A DNA stretch of 48,781 bases from Schmidtea nova (lineage: Eukaryota). Made by a program: the position numbers and the translations under genes. Positions 37,610-48,577 of the stretch are shown here, in pieces. The stretch lies in assembly GCA_044892505.1 (NCBI GenBank), contig CM097882.1:513127220-513176000 (forward strand), given 5' to 3'. The notes beneath the pieces are model-generated. The model did no database searches. It was not told the origin of the DNA and saw nothing but the letters and a program-made list of their open reading frames with translations. Each line of letters opens with the position of its first letter. Position 1 is the first letter of the stretch.

Positions 37610-38060
37610 ATGGACCTCAAAGAGGTTCGCAACAAAATATTATTCGTTGATGCCGAGTATGACAGTTTGGAAACGATGCAAATCATTCCCTTATCGGTGG
37701 CTTTGATGAATTACTATGGGGAAATAGTCAAAGCTGTATATTTTACCCTAAGAGGAAGAATTTCAACTCAAAGATCCATGTGATCACCGAAGTGGCAAGC
37801 AGGAATCAACACGATCAATATTCGGAAATGAAGTATATCCAGAGATTTACGGCGGGGAACCTATTTATAGGTCATATCTCACATGCCAAATTACACTATC
37901 TGGGAATACGGATAGACAAACTTTATGGAAACTACAAATTCTAGAACGGGAAATGTGTGAGGAAGAAACTCAGGTCGGATACATTCTACTTTAGAGGATG
38001 TGAAAACCATAATACACCTTCGGGTAGAAAACCAATGGATCGATGACATAGTGATTCCCA
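37610..38060 (+). pseudogene. DEDDh 3'-5' exonuclease (REX4/ISG20/DnaQ-like), copy A
   Basis: ExoI ILFVDAEY (D 37649, E 37655), SVALMNYYGEIV, KIH(V)ITE, LFIGH (~37864-37875), ExoIII HSTLEDV (37982-38002); frameshifted. Confidence 0.8.
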
Positions 38061-38629
38061 GAAACAGCCGTCAAAGAAATATTCTGTGAAAGAATATAAA
38101 AATTTACAGGCTAATATATCAAAGCCAAATGAGGAAATCAAATCGCAAAAGTTGGTACAAGTCCCGGAGAAAACTGCTATGAAAGATATTCACTTGACAT
38201 TTAAACACGTAATAATGACAGAGATTGATGTTCCTTCTACTGAACTTAGTTGAGCCACGGAAATAATTATGGAATCAATGGTAGACAGCTTGGTATTATG
38301 TATAGTTATTATTGTTTAGTATTGTTTAATGTGTAAATTGCTGTGTATTGTCTAGTGTTGTTTAATGTGTAAATTACTGTGTAAATGGAAATTATTGAAG
38401 GGCCCAAAAGAGTCTCCCAGAACTTATTATGGGGGCAATTGGAGTGCTGGTTTTGTTTGTGGAAGAATGTATGCGAGTATGTAAGTAAACAGATTTTACA
38501 TATATAACAAAATATTTAACACGAACTATTAAACACAATTTTTATTATTACGATAACGAAATGTTAAAAATGTAAATTAATCTAACTCTGAAATTGGGTC
38601 GAAACTTTCTGGGTAGTTGGGATTGTTAA

Positions 38630-38860
38630 TTTTAGGCTTGTATGGCTTTTTAAACTTTCTTGGATTTTTCTTATCTTCAATTTCTTTTAATCTTTTTAAT
38701 TTTTAGGCTTGTATGGCTTCTTAAACTTTCTTGGATTTTTCTTATCTTCTATTTCTTTCGACTTATTTTTAAAATTACATCTTTAATTTTTTAGGCTTGT
38801 ATGGCTTTTTAAACTTTCTTGGTTTTTTTATCTTCAATATCTTTCGACTTATTTCTTTTA
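38630..38860 (-). repeat. Three imperfect tandem repeats encoding a Lys-rich peptide on the - strand
   Basis: ttttaggcttgtatggctttttaaactttcttgg at 38630, 38701 and 38789; - strand reads EDKKNPRKFKKPYKPK. Confidence 0.8.
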
Positions 38861-39201
38861 ATTTTAATTTTTAAGGTTTTTTTCTCATTAACTGTTCTTG
38901 TTGGCTTGGATTCTGTTACTATATTTGATTATTATTTTCCATTGTTAAATTAGTTTTATTTCCAATTGATTTTTTTTATAATTTATAATTTGTGATTCGG
39001 CTTACTATAGTAATTTACTATAGCAAGCCAAATTCAAATTTATAATTTGAATTTTGATAATTATTATGAAAAAAACCCATACACAAAAATAAAAATTAAC
39101 AACAAAGGGGGGAAATAAACTACAGGGAAAAAGAAACCACACAAATCGTGAACATTACACTTGGATACAATAACAACCATAGATATGGTAAAACTTTAAC
39201 T

Positions 39202-40173
39202 TACCCTGTTTTTTGGTTATAAGGTACGACCTTAGTAAATTTTAAAAGTTTTTTTTTTGAGCCCAAAAGTACTTTAGTAAAGAATGGTACCTTAGTATCA
39301 AGTGGAACCTTAGAAAAAAAGCGGTAAAAATATTTATACTCAGAAAATATAAAAAGTATTAAAAATTTTTATTCAAAAAATTCTACTTCCTCTTCACTAG
39401 CAAAGTTTTCTCCATCAAGAAATATATCAATAAGCTGATCACGAATATCATTATCGTCTTTTTCTTCTTCATCTTTATCATCCAACAATTCCTCAACCAT
39501 TGGCTCATTAATATCATCCAACTCTTCTGTATAAAAATCAATGGTTGTCGATCTGAAACCATTTTTTATTGCAGAAACTGGTACTGCCTTCCATGTCTCA
39601 GATATCCAATGACAAATCTCTTCGTAGGAAGCTCGCTTCATATTTCCTGACTTTGTGTATTCTTGATATCCTTTTACCATCCAATTCTCCCAATGACGTC
39701 GGAGATAACCCATTTCTTCAAATGATCCTCCAATGCTGGCCATTGAATGGGTCGAATTCTCTTTACTACTTTTGCATTTTTATTCCCAATCGATTGCAGA
39801 AGATCTTTTTGTTTTTTCCATCGCTTGATGAGGTTAATGTGACAACCATAATGTTCAGCTGCTTTTGAAATGGATGAATTCAAAGCATAATTCACAGCAG
39901 CTTCTTTAAATTGTATTGTATATGTTTTTCGTTTTTTGTCTGCCATTTTTCAATTTGATTTGAATTTGTTAAATTAATTATATAATTAAACAATATTATT
40001 GATTTATTATTAGTATCTTAATTTTTTTAAAAATATTTTATTAAATATTATAACGTAGAATTAGTACCTTAGTAAAAAGTGGTACCTTTGTAAAGATGGT
40101 ACAAAAATCGTGGGCTTCCAAAAACTTTAATAAAGTCGTAGGGAGTAGTACCTTATAACCAAAAAACAGGGTA
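39202..40173 (-). mobile_element. pogo-family deletion derivative B (keeps N-terminal HTH and C-terminus)
   Basis: Same TIRs as 13048-14039. ORF 39674-39946 (KRKTYTIQFKEAAV..IKRWKKQ..WPALEDHLKKWV) is joined to RRHWENWMV. Confidence 0.92.
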
Positions 40174-40480
40174 GTTTGGAATATGGCCCAATTCCCAAAG
40201 AGAAAACGGACAGGAAAATAAAAGCAGATTCATTCATCAAAGTTAGCCAGACTATATCATACAACGGCCTGATTTATGAACGATAGGAAACGATAGTCCG
40301 ATATAAACATGGATCCAAGAGAAAGGAAATCAAAATGGATTAACTGAAATTTATTAATTTATATATGAAGTATCTATAATATAAATAATCGAAAATTTAT
40401 TGTTGATTCGTCTTCTTTATTAGGGCAGCTCACCAGTTAAACCCTGTAGTAAACTTTAATTTTCATTCATATTATTACTA

Positions 40481-40668
40481 TTATTATTATTATCAATAAT
40501 TCTCATAATGATGACTATAGATCAAAAAATTTTTTTAAACAATACCACAATATTTCGGCACAGCCTTTATACACACTTGATAAAGGCTGTGCCGAAATAT
40601 TGTGGTATTGTTTAAAAAAAAATTTGATCTTTAGTCATCATTATGAGAATTATTGATAATAATAATAA
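40481..40668. repeat. Near-perfect palindrome, ~89-bp arms, 9-nt loop
   Basis: 40481-40570 is the reverse complement of 40580-40668; inner ~40 bp perfect; loop acacacttg. Confidence 0.95.
40569..40608 (+). ncRNA. Minimal type I hammerhead ribozyme motif (U3-A8 variant), Penelope-type
   Basis: AUACACAC-UUGAUAA-A-GGC(UGU)GCC-GAA-AUAU-U-GUGGUAU: helix I of 7 bp with a bulged A, 3-bp helix II, palindromic AUAU helix III. Confidence 0.6.
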
Positions 40669-42371
40669 AAAAAGATCAAAGGTGAAAAAAGATAATTATG
40701 ATATTACTATTATTATTAATTTTTAGAATAAAATAAATAACTATAAATAAGAACAAAATAATAATAAAATAAAATCGAATTAATTAATGAGCAAGCAAAG
40801 CAATTCCAAACGCCAGGGTTTGGCTACCCTGGACGACGTTTGGAAAAGGTTTGTTGCTAAGAATTACGAAATTGGGCGTAGAATATTATTATTATTGCTG
40901 TTGGGATAATTTGTATTATTTCTAAAGTTTGTATTATTTCTATCATTATCATTACTAATATAATACCACAAAAATTAATTTAAATATTAATGTAAACAAA
41001 TTAAAAAGAATTTTTAAATTTCAAATATTGTAAAAAAAATTTTTTGAAAATTATATCAAAAACATCTTTAAATCAAACCTTGCCATGATTTAATTGTAAT
41101 TAATTTCAGAACAGTCTCAGGTGGTTCCAACATACTTTGCAAACAAATTAGAAAAACATTTATCCATACAGAACAATTTATTGGGATATAATATAAATGT
41201 ATCTGCAACTGAGACTGTAAATGATAATATCAAATATCAGTATTATTAAACTAAAATAAATAAAAGAATATCTTTCCCAAAAAATTTAGCAGAGAAGTTT
41301 GATTTAATTCCTTCTATTAGGCCAAGTTATGAACTTTCAATAATAATTCTATGATTTGTTGGTATTTTATGATTTACAATTAATGTTTGTCTTAACGAGT
41401 AACACTGGAAATAAAATCAGTTTCGGTTCTAATAATTCTTTGACAATAATTGAATAGTGAGATATAACTCTGAATATTATTAATAAATAAATTATTCAAA
41501 TAATAGTATAACCCTGAATATTATTAATAAATAAATTATTCAAATAATATGCTTAAAAAATTTGGAAAAATTAATTTGAGAAGATAATTCTTCAAAATCT
41601 TTTTTAAAAAAACAATTTCATAAAAATAATGAAATTGATTGAAAAAATTCCTTATATAGCTGGGTACAGCAACTCTCATTAGTGAGAGAGATAACTTTAC
41701 ATAATTGAATAAATGCATGCCGACAAATCGGGTGATCTCCGAAATACACACACAACATCATTCCATAATCAATAGTGTGTACGGTGAGCAACTTTTATCC
41801 TAAAATTATTTAAATTATATTTCTAAATAAAAATCGATTTCGATCCAATTAACGAAAATAAAAAATGAACTGAAGAAAATTCTTTGAATGCTGAAAACAA
41901 TATGCTGATTTAAAACAATTCAAAAAAATGTTTCTATTTCAATTAAACTGCCAGTAAAAATAAATTCAAAAAAATAACTGTTTATTTTGTTTCAAACTAG
42001 TTCACCTGTTTTCATACAATAAAGAAAACTATATTCAGGTTTTCTATTAATATTAGTAGACATAATGAAACTGAAAAAAAGCAAATAAATCACTTACACC
42101 TGAAAGGCTTTGATTTAATGAAAGCTTTCAAAAAAATTGAAAATTATGTCAAAACTTTTGAAAGTCTGATATATTTTTTAACAATTTAGCTGTTTTAATT
42201 TTATTTAGTCTGACAGCAGAAATAATTTTGAATTGCAAATTGGCACGAAAAATGATAATAAATCAACCAATAAATCTGAAAATGATTAATAAATAAAGTT
42301 GGCATTATATATACATAATAAATTTTTTAAATTAAATTTTGTCAGGCATTTTATCAACAAGTTATTGCTAT

Positions 42372-44404
42372 TACAGGTCGAACCCCGTTAATTCGATTTC
42401 TCAAGAGACTTAAAAAAATAATCGAATTAAAGAATTGAAAAATAATGAAATTAAAAATAAGAATAATACTGTGTAAACCTTTTCTTCGCAATCAGTTTTA
42501 AAATTTTGTCCATATTTAGCTTGTTCACGTAAAAGTATATGATGTGATGAATTGAATTAAAAAATCTTCAAAATTCTGTTTGCTTTTAGTTTGGAGAAAA
42601 CTTCAAATAAAAGTTCTTTAAAAATATAAATAATTTTATTAAAGTAAAACAATATACCGTAACAGACAACGAACACATAACAAAATAAATATACTCCGGG
42701 ATCATGGCTTGATGAATTTGACGTTATAAATTTTTCAATTTCATTAAGGGTATTAAAGAAAGTAACAGGAACTGATGGATTTTGAACCACTCTATTATAT
42801 ACCGTCCGGAGGGACTGCAGTATTTCACATTTTGTGATAACGTTATTATTGTTAGCAGCGTAAGTATCTCCATTTTTTCCATTAGCATCCATCTCATTTT
42901 CGATCGGCAATCGTAAATTATTATTTTCCTCCCTCTGAACCTCCTCAATGATATCTTCATTCGTTGTGATACTTCCACAAGATAAATAAGCATCATATTT
43001 TAAATAATCTTCAAATTCTTCTGTAATATCAACTACTGCTCTTAACATATAGAAATTACTTTAGGCTTCTTCGGCTAAATGTATTAAAGGAATGTTGTCA
43101 TCCTCATCCACGAATTCATCTTCGAAAACCCCAGATTTTTTAAAGCAATTATTAATTTTTTTGGACGATACTTTAGTGTCTTTAATCCAAGATATGCGCT
43201 TTATACAGTAGAGAAGAGTAATTTTTGAAATAGATTCTTTCTTTCCTATGCATGTTAACATCTCACTCACAATTTCATTCCTGTAATGAACTTTTAAACA
43301 TTTTTTATTATCCCCATATCCATAGGTTGGATAAGTGCAGTTAGGTTTGGAGGAAAAATTTCAAGTCGAATATTTTGTAACTTTTGTTGAACATCTTTTT
43401 TGTACGTAGAGCAATTGTCAAAAAACAATACTTTTCGATTTTGTTTCATATAATTTCAACAGCCATTTTTCGAAAATCGTACCGTTCATCCATGCTTTTC
43501 GATTGAAATCATATTCAACTGGAAGTGATTTTACATTTTTGAAGGAATGGGGTCGCTTTGATCTCCCTATTACCAAAGATGTAATCTTGTCGCTCCTTAA
43601 GAAATTTGCCTTTTTGACACTTATCTCCTTTTAATGCAAATGTTTTCCCAGGTAGGCATTTATAAAAAGGCCGGTTCCATCTCCATCATAAATATCATTT
43701 TCGTCATACTTTCTTAGCAAGGGTTTTAATGTAATATCGATCCAATCAGTAGAAACACTTTGGTCGGCCTCCGCAGCATCTCCAGTTAAACACGCCATTT
43801 CATTCAAATATATTCTTGGAGCGAATAAACCACCCGTTGCTTGCTTTAAAGCCTTCACAAATTAAGGATTCGCCATATTTTTGTGCCTTTTATTGAATCA
43901 TAATACCATTAACTGGAATATTGCTATTTCTGGATTCGGAGAAAGTTTTAATAGTCTCATCCACTTTTTCAAATTTTCCTGCCCTCATGCGCTTCTTTTT
44001 CGCCATTGCAGGATTTCTTTGTAAATCTTGTCGCAATTTTGCACGATTCTTGTCAATTGTAGACAACGTTTTAGGTTTCATTTTAAATTTTGCAGCCACA
44101 TCTTTTTGAGTCTTTCCCTTTTTAATTTCTGGAATAGCTTTTAATTTGTCTTCAACTTTTAATGTTTTATATTTTGTATTTCGTTTCGAAATTTTGTGGC
44201 TTTGAAATATGCTTGAAAAAATAATTTTATTTACATCGATTTATTGAGGTAAAGATGTTTTAAATTGAAATTCATAAATAAATAAAATTATGGTGGGTTC
44301 TAATTAATGAAGTAATCGAATTAACTAAGTAGTTTTAATTGAAAAATTGAACAGACAGAAAAATACTTCGAATTATCGAGAGTTCAAATTAACGAGGCTC
44401 GACC
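42372..44404 (-). mobile_element. Tigger (pogo superfamily) element, degenerate; right end runs into the gap
   Basis: TIRs tacaggtcgaaccccgttaattcga / tcaaattaacgaggctcgacc; motifs FKASNGW, NDIYDGDGTGLF, KAWMNGTIF, IQPMDMGII, acidic tail. Confidence 0.9.
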
Positions 44405-44579
44405 NNNNNNNNNNNNNNNNNNNNNNNNNNNNNNNNNNNNNNNNNNNNNNNNNNNNNNNNNNNNNNNNNNNNNNNNNNNNNNNNNNNNNNNNNNNNNNNN
44501 NNNNNNNNNNNNNNNNNNNNNNNNNNNNNNNNNCATATAAATGATCAAAAGATTGGAGGTCGAATCTAAATTAAAGGTA

Positions 44580-45423
44580 TGTTTGGGTTTATTGAAATTA
44601 GTCAAATACAAAAATAGAAAGCATAAAACTTTTTAAAAATCAATAAAAAGATATAATTTTAAAATCAATAATTAAATCATGGAAATTAATTAAAAAGTTA
44701 GAAAATTTTTAAAATAAAGATTCTGCGGGGGAAATTGGTATGGGTGTATGCCGAATTGTGAAACAAATCCAAAAATAGCAAAATAAAATTATTGGGGATC
44801 CTCAAAAGAAAAGAATTAAAAAGTAATTAATTAATTAATTGGCTAATGGGAAACCCGAGCCAATAGTAGTGTGGAAACTCGGACAACGATAATTAGCACT
44901 GAGCAAATTGAGGTCAAAAGAAAACCCGAGAAGCATAATTAACGAAGGTATAATTAATGTATTATTTTAATTAAAGTAGTTAGGAAATGACAACTAGGAG
45001 ACCCGCCAGACAGCCTGCTAAGGAAAACCTATTAAAACTATCAGTATATAAATGATACGAAAATCCCAGAAGTTGCCAGGGTGGCAAAAAAAGCAGGTGA
45101 ACAAATTATTTAACAGAAAGGTCAAACGAATTACAAAGGAAAGTTAAGCGAGGAAAACAAGGGAAAGTTAAATATATTCTTCACAGTGGATCAGAAGGGG
45201 AGATCTTCCATTGGGAGACGTATCCCCACGCTTAATCGAAAAGCAGTTCCAAAATTATTGTGAATTTTTACAGATACTTGTTGTTGTCAGAAATTTTATC
45301 GAAAAATTGTATTAACTATAATTTCAAATAAATATTTCTGTGTCGGGTTATTTTTGTGAATCAATCTTAAGAACACTGAACTGTCAGATAGATAATACCG
45401 ACTTAATTAATAAATACCCAACA
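44580..45423 (+). mobile_element. Complete LTR (844 bp), family L1, probably a 3' LTR
   Basis: TGTTTGGG...CCCAACA termini, TATA-like cagtatataaat (~45042), purine-rich ggaggtcgaatctaaattaaaggta just upstream, followed by ATAT. Confidence 0.75.
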
Positions 45424-45937
45424 ATATGAACGTTAATTTAAACTAGTTTTTCAACTGCATATAACGACATTGAACTTATTTCGAATTTAGACTTATCGGC
45501 TCGATTTAATTTAAACTTTAATGATTACATTATCGGTCATAAAATTTCTATTAGAACTGACAATTTACTTATGTCTAACTACGCTGTTTTTATGTTAAAT
45601 TCAGTCCTCTTTTTGTAAAAAAAATTGCATGTTCGACAGCCATTCTTGGAAAATCTCTCGCTGCTGCAAACTCTTAGTAATAATATACAACCAAAAAACT
45701 TCTGTTCGTTCTCTGAAAATTCAATTGCTTATAACCTATTGTCGACCCTATCCTTTCGTCTGAAAATTTCTCAATGTTAGTTTGAATTTGCCGATGACTC
45801 GAACCATTGGACACACCGAATTGCGAAAACGACAACTTCAACCACCGAAGGCCAGCTACCTGGAGGGCCGTCGAATGACCTCTAGTCCTATGCACAGCCT
45901 AAATCATTAAAATATGCGGAGAACAAACGATATGAGG

Positions 45938-46567
45938 TGTTAGCCAAATTCAAATGAGAAAACAAACAATAAAATTACGTGACTAAATTTTATTTGATAA
46001 CAAATTTCAAAGATCTTCTACTACAATATTTTCCGAGTAATCACGAATCAAAGTTTTAGAGTCAAGTAAATAAAGTAAGTTTGCTCCTTGCCGTTTACAG
46101 TCAAAGTTAATGTCTAAAATTTTCGTTTAGGTTTTACGTTCAGTTAAGTTAAAAGTTATTCGACTAAGTTTGGCTTCCCTTTATATACTGTTTTTCTAAA
46201 AAGGTCAGCCAATCAGCGCTCGACCTCTTTGTTATTGGTCGGAAAAATCAAATTGATTTACCCAATTAAATTGGTGTTTTTTCAATTAATTTTCTTTTTA
46301 TTTTATTATTTTTTAATTACTTTTTAATTTATTTTATTTGTTTCGTAATAATTCTTGGATTTGGGGTTTTTTCTTCAATGATCATATTTTTTACTTCTAA
46401 TTTATTATTTTTAATCTTATTTTATTATTTTTAGCCTTTTTTCTTTACTTCCTTATTTTATTTTTCTCTTAATTATTTAAAATTCTTCATTTATTTTCTG
46501 ATTGTTTCCTTATTATTTTTATTATTTCTTATTTGATCTTATTTTTATGTGTTGTGCTAACCCAACA
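45938..46567 (-). mobile_element. LTR-like element, family L2
   Basis: - strand starts TGTTGGGTTAGC and ends GGCTAACA; contains gattggc (CCAAT), cagtatataaag (TATA) and AATAAA. The inner boundary is uncertain. Confidence 0.55.
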
Positions 46568-47548
46568 TATTCATACTGATCCCCCTAATTCGCTTTTTCC
46601 CTAACCGATCTATATAATTTTAGCGATGTTTCGATGACTCAGTTTAATATCCTCTAACCGATCGGAATTCGTGGCCCTTGGGCGACAGAGTTCATCCTAA
46701 ATCAGTTTAATATAGAAATTATTTGAGCCAGAACATAATAAGATTTAACAGAGATAAACAAAATTCTAATTCAAATATTTATTAAATGATTATACAAATG
46801 ATAAAACCAATACTTGTTTCGTCCTGTCAAAAAATTGTTCCACTCGAACTATCAAATTCAATAGTGATGTGGCCTGGCAAACGAGAAAAATTAAAATCAA
46901 TGTCTGTTAGGAAAAAGCTGAGTTGAATTATGATTTCTGGCGTCCTAATTTTACAAATTTTGAGTGTCACGCCTACGAATTTTGTTCATCGTGTGAATTA
47001 AATGAAGAAATTTATAATTTAATTTGAATGCTTATTTTAATAAATTAATCATTATTTATTTTTCAGTAAAATTAGTTTTACAATTTATTTCATATTTTTT
47101 CTAAATATTTATTATTTATTCTAATTAACTATGTTTATGGCATCATTTTGCGTGTGTTAATTTATTAAATATTCGAAGTTTTCTATTATTCTTTTTATTT
47201 TACTACTAATTTTATCTACGATCATGCTTTTTCGTATTTAATACACGAGCAATGGTCTTCCCCATTCAATTCTCACGCGGTTCTTCTAATGTATATTTGA
47301 CCTGTAAATTCGTTTTATCCCTACCTCAACCGACTTATGGAATGCGGTTCGTATGCATACTATTTTTTGCTTGTTTGTACTTTAATATTCTATGTTCCTT
47401 TGCTATTTTACTACCTAATGTTATTATGTTTTATCGCACGTTTTGAATTTACCTTTTTTGTGTGTATATATTTTTCCATGTATTAAAACATTTTACTTCT
47501 GTCATCCCAACATCTCTAAACCAAATGATCAAGGTAATGAAAATGTAA

Positions 47549-47730
47549 TACAGGTCAAATCTTGATATAACGAATACCAAAGTAAAGAAATTTCCAGTAT
47601 AACAAATCTATAATTTGTCCCCGACGAACTTCCATACAATATTGTATAGTACTCACAATAACAAATTTTCAGTATAACGAAACAATTTACTCAGTCCCGT
47701 GAGCTTCGTTACAACGAGATTTGACCTGTA
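47549..47730. mobile_element. Tigger-type MITE (182 bp)
   Basis: TIRs tacaggtcaaatcttgatataacgaa / ttcgttacaacgagatttgacctgta. Confidence 0.88.
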
Positions 47731-47951
47731 TTACAAAATTTTAATTAAGTAAAAACTTAAATATCGCTTCAAATTCTTATTATTTGTATTATTTCAAGTA
47801 AATCAACTTTTCATTATACACTTTGTTTTTAACATATTTAAAGGTGATATATTGCCATTTAATGCATATGTATTCTAGGACAAATATTTTGTGGAAAATT
47901 TTATAGTGTTAATTATTTAATTAAATTATTTTACTCATGTTTTCAATTTAG

Positions 47952-48380
47952 GTCAATAACTACTGGAGTCCGCTAATCACCGATTTGTATTCGTTTCAAT
48001 TAGAAAATCTTCTTTACGCTTCTGTTGAAGGAATACCCATAAACTTGCGAGCCTTTTACAAGCATCAAATAGATAAACAGTTTTGTGTCCATGGATTCAT
48101 GAGACTGGATGTTTCAATGGACAATTGGATCAATCTTACGATGAAAAAATTATTCCTGCGATCAAAGTCGACTCAAAATCAAAAGTGTATGCATACAAGT
48201 TACAGTATCATTTTTGAAAAGATTCGGAACATCTCATTAATTGTCTATCAACCTTCAAATTTTCCAAAAATACTTATCCTGGCATTCGATGGACAAATTG
48301 CCCATAACGACATAAGACAAATAGTTTCGCAGGTTGATACTAAATTAGATCAATGGCTGCAGTCAGGCAATCAAATTTGA
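47952..48380 (+). CDS. FUZ: fuzzy terminal exon (142 aa plus stop)
   Basis: tttcaatttag|GTC AAT AAC TAC TGG, phase 0. VNNYWSPLITDL continues the recalled FUZ LERWWQPLLDPL directly after PELKIK; open to TGA at 48380. Confidence 0.78.
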   Translation, partial: VNNYWSPLITDLYSFQLENLLYASVEGIPINLRAFYKHQIDKQFCVHGFMRLDVSMDNWINLTMKKLFLRSKSTQNQKCMHTSYSIIFEKIRNISLIVYQPSNFPKILILAFDGQIAHNDIRQIVSQVDTKLDQWLQSGNQI

Positions 48381-48577
48381 TAAACTCCACATTAGTGTTG
48401 TTTTTATATTGTCCTTGATATCATTTATCTGTGATTGCATTTCTTTGTTTTACTGTCTTGTCGAGTTTGCTCGTATGAATCTCGAATATTTTATAAATGT
48501 TTTATAATTTGCCTTATTCGTCAGAAACTTCGTATCAATAGTTAATGAAGTTATTTATTTTATTAGAAGTTTAATAT

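Noticed and set aside
45795-45810. tRNA/SINE B-box (ggttcgagtca on the - strand)
   Set aside because: No cloverleaf or correctly spaced A-box.
46590-46710. Hammerhead-like gatg..catc-gaaac fold on the - strand
   Set aside because: No CUGANGA (or U3-A8) core in the right position.
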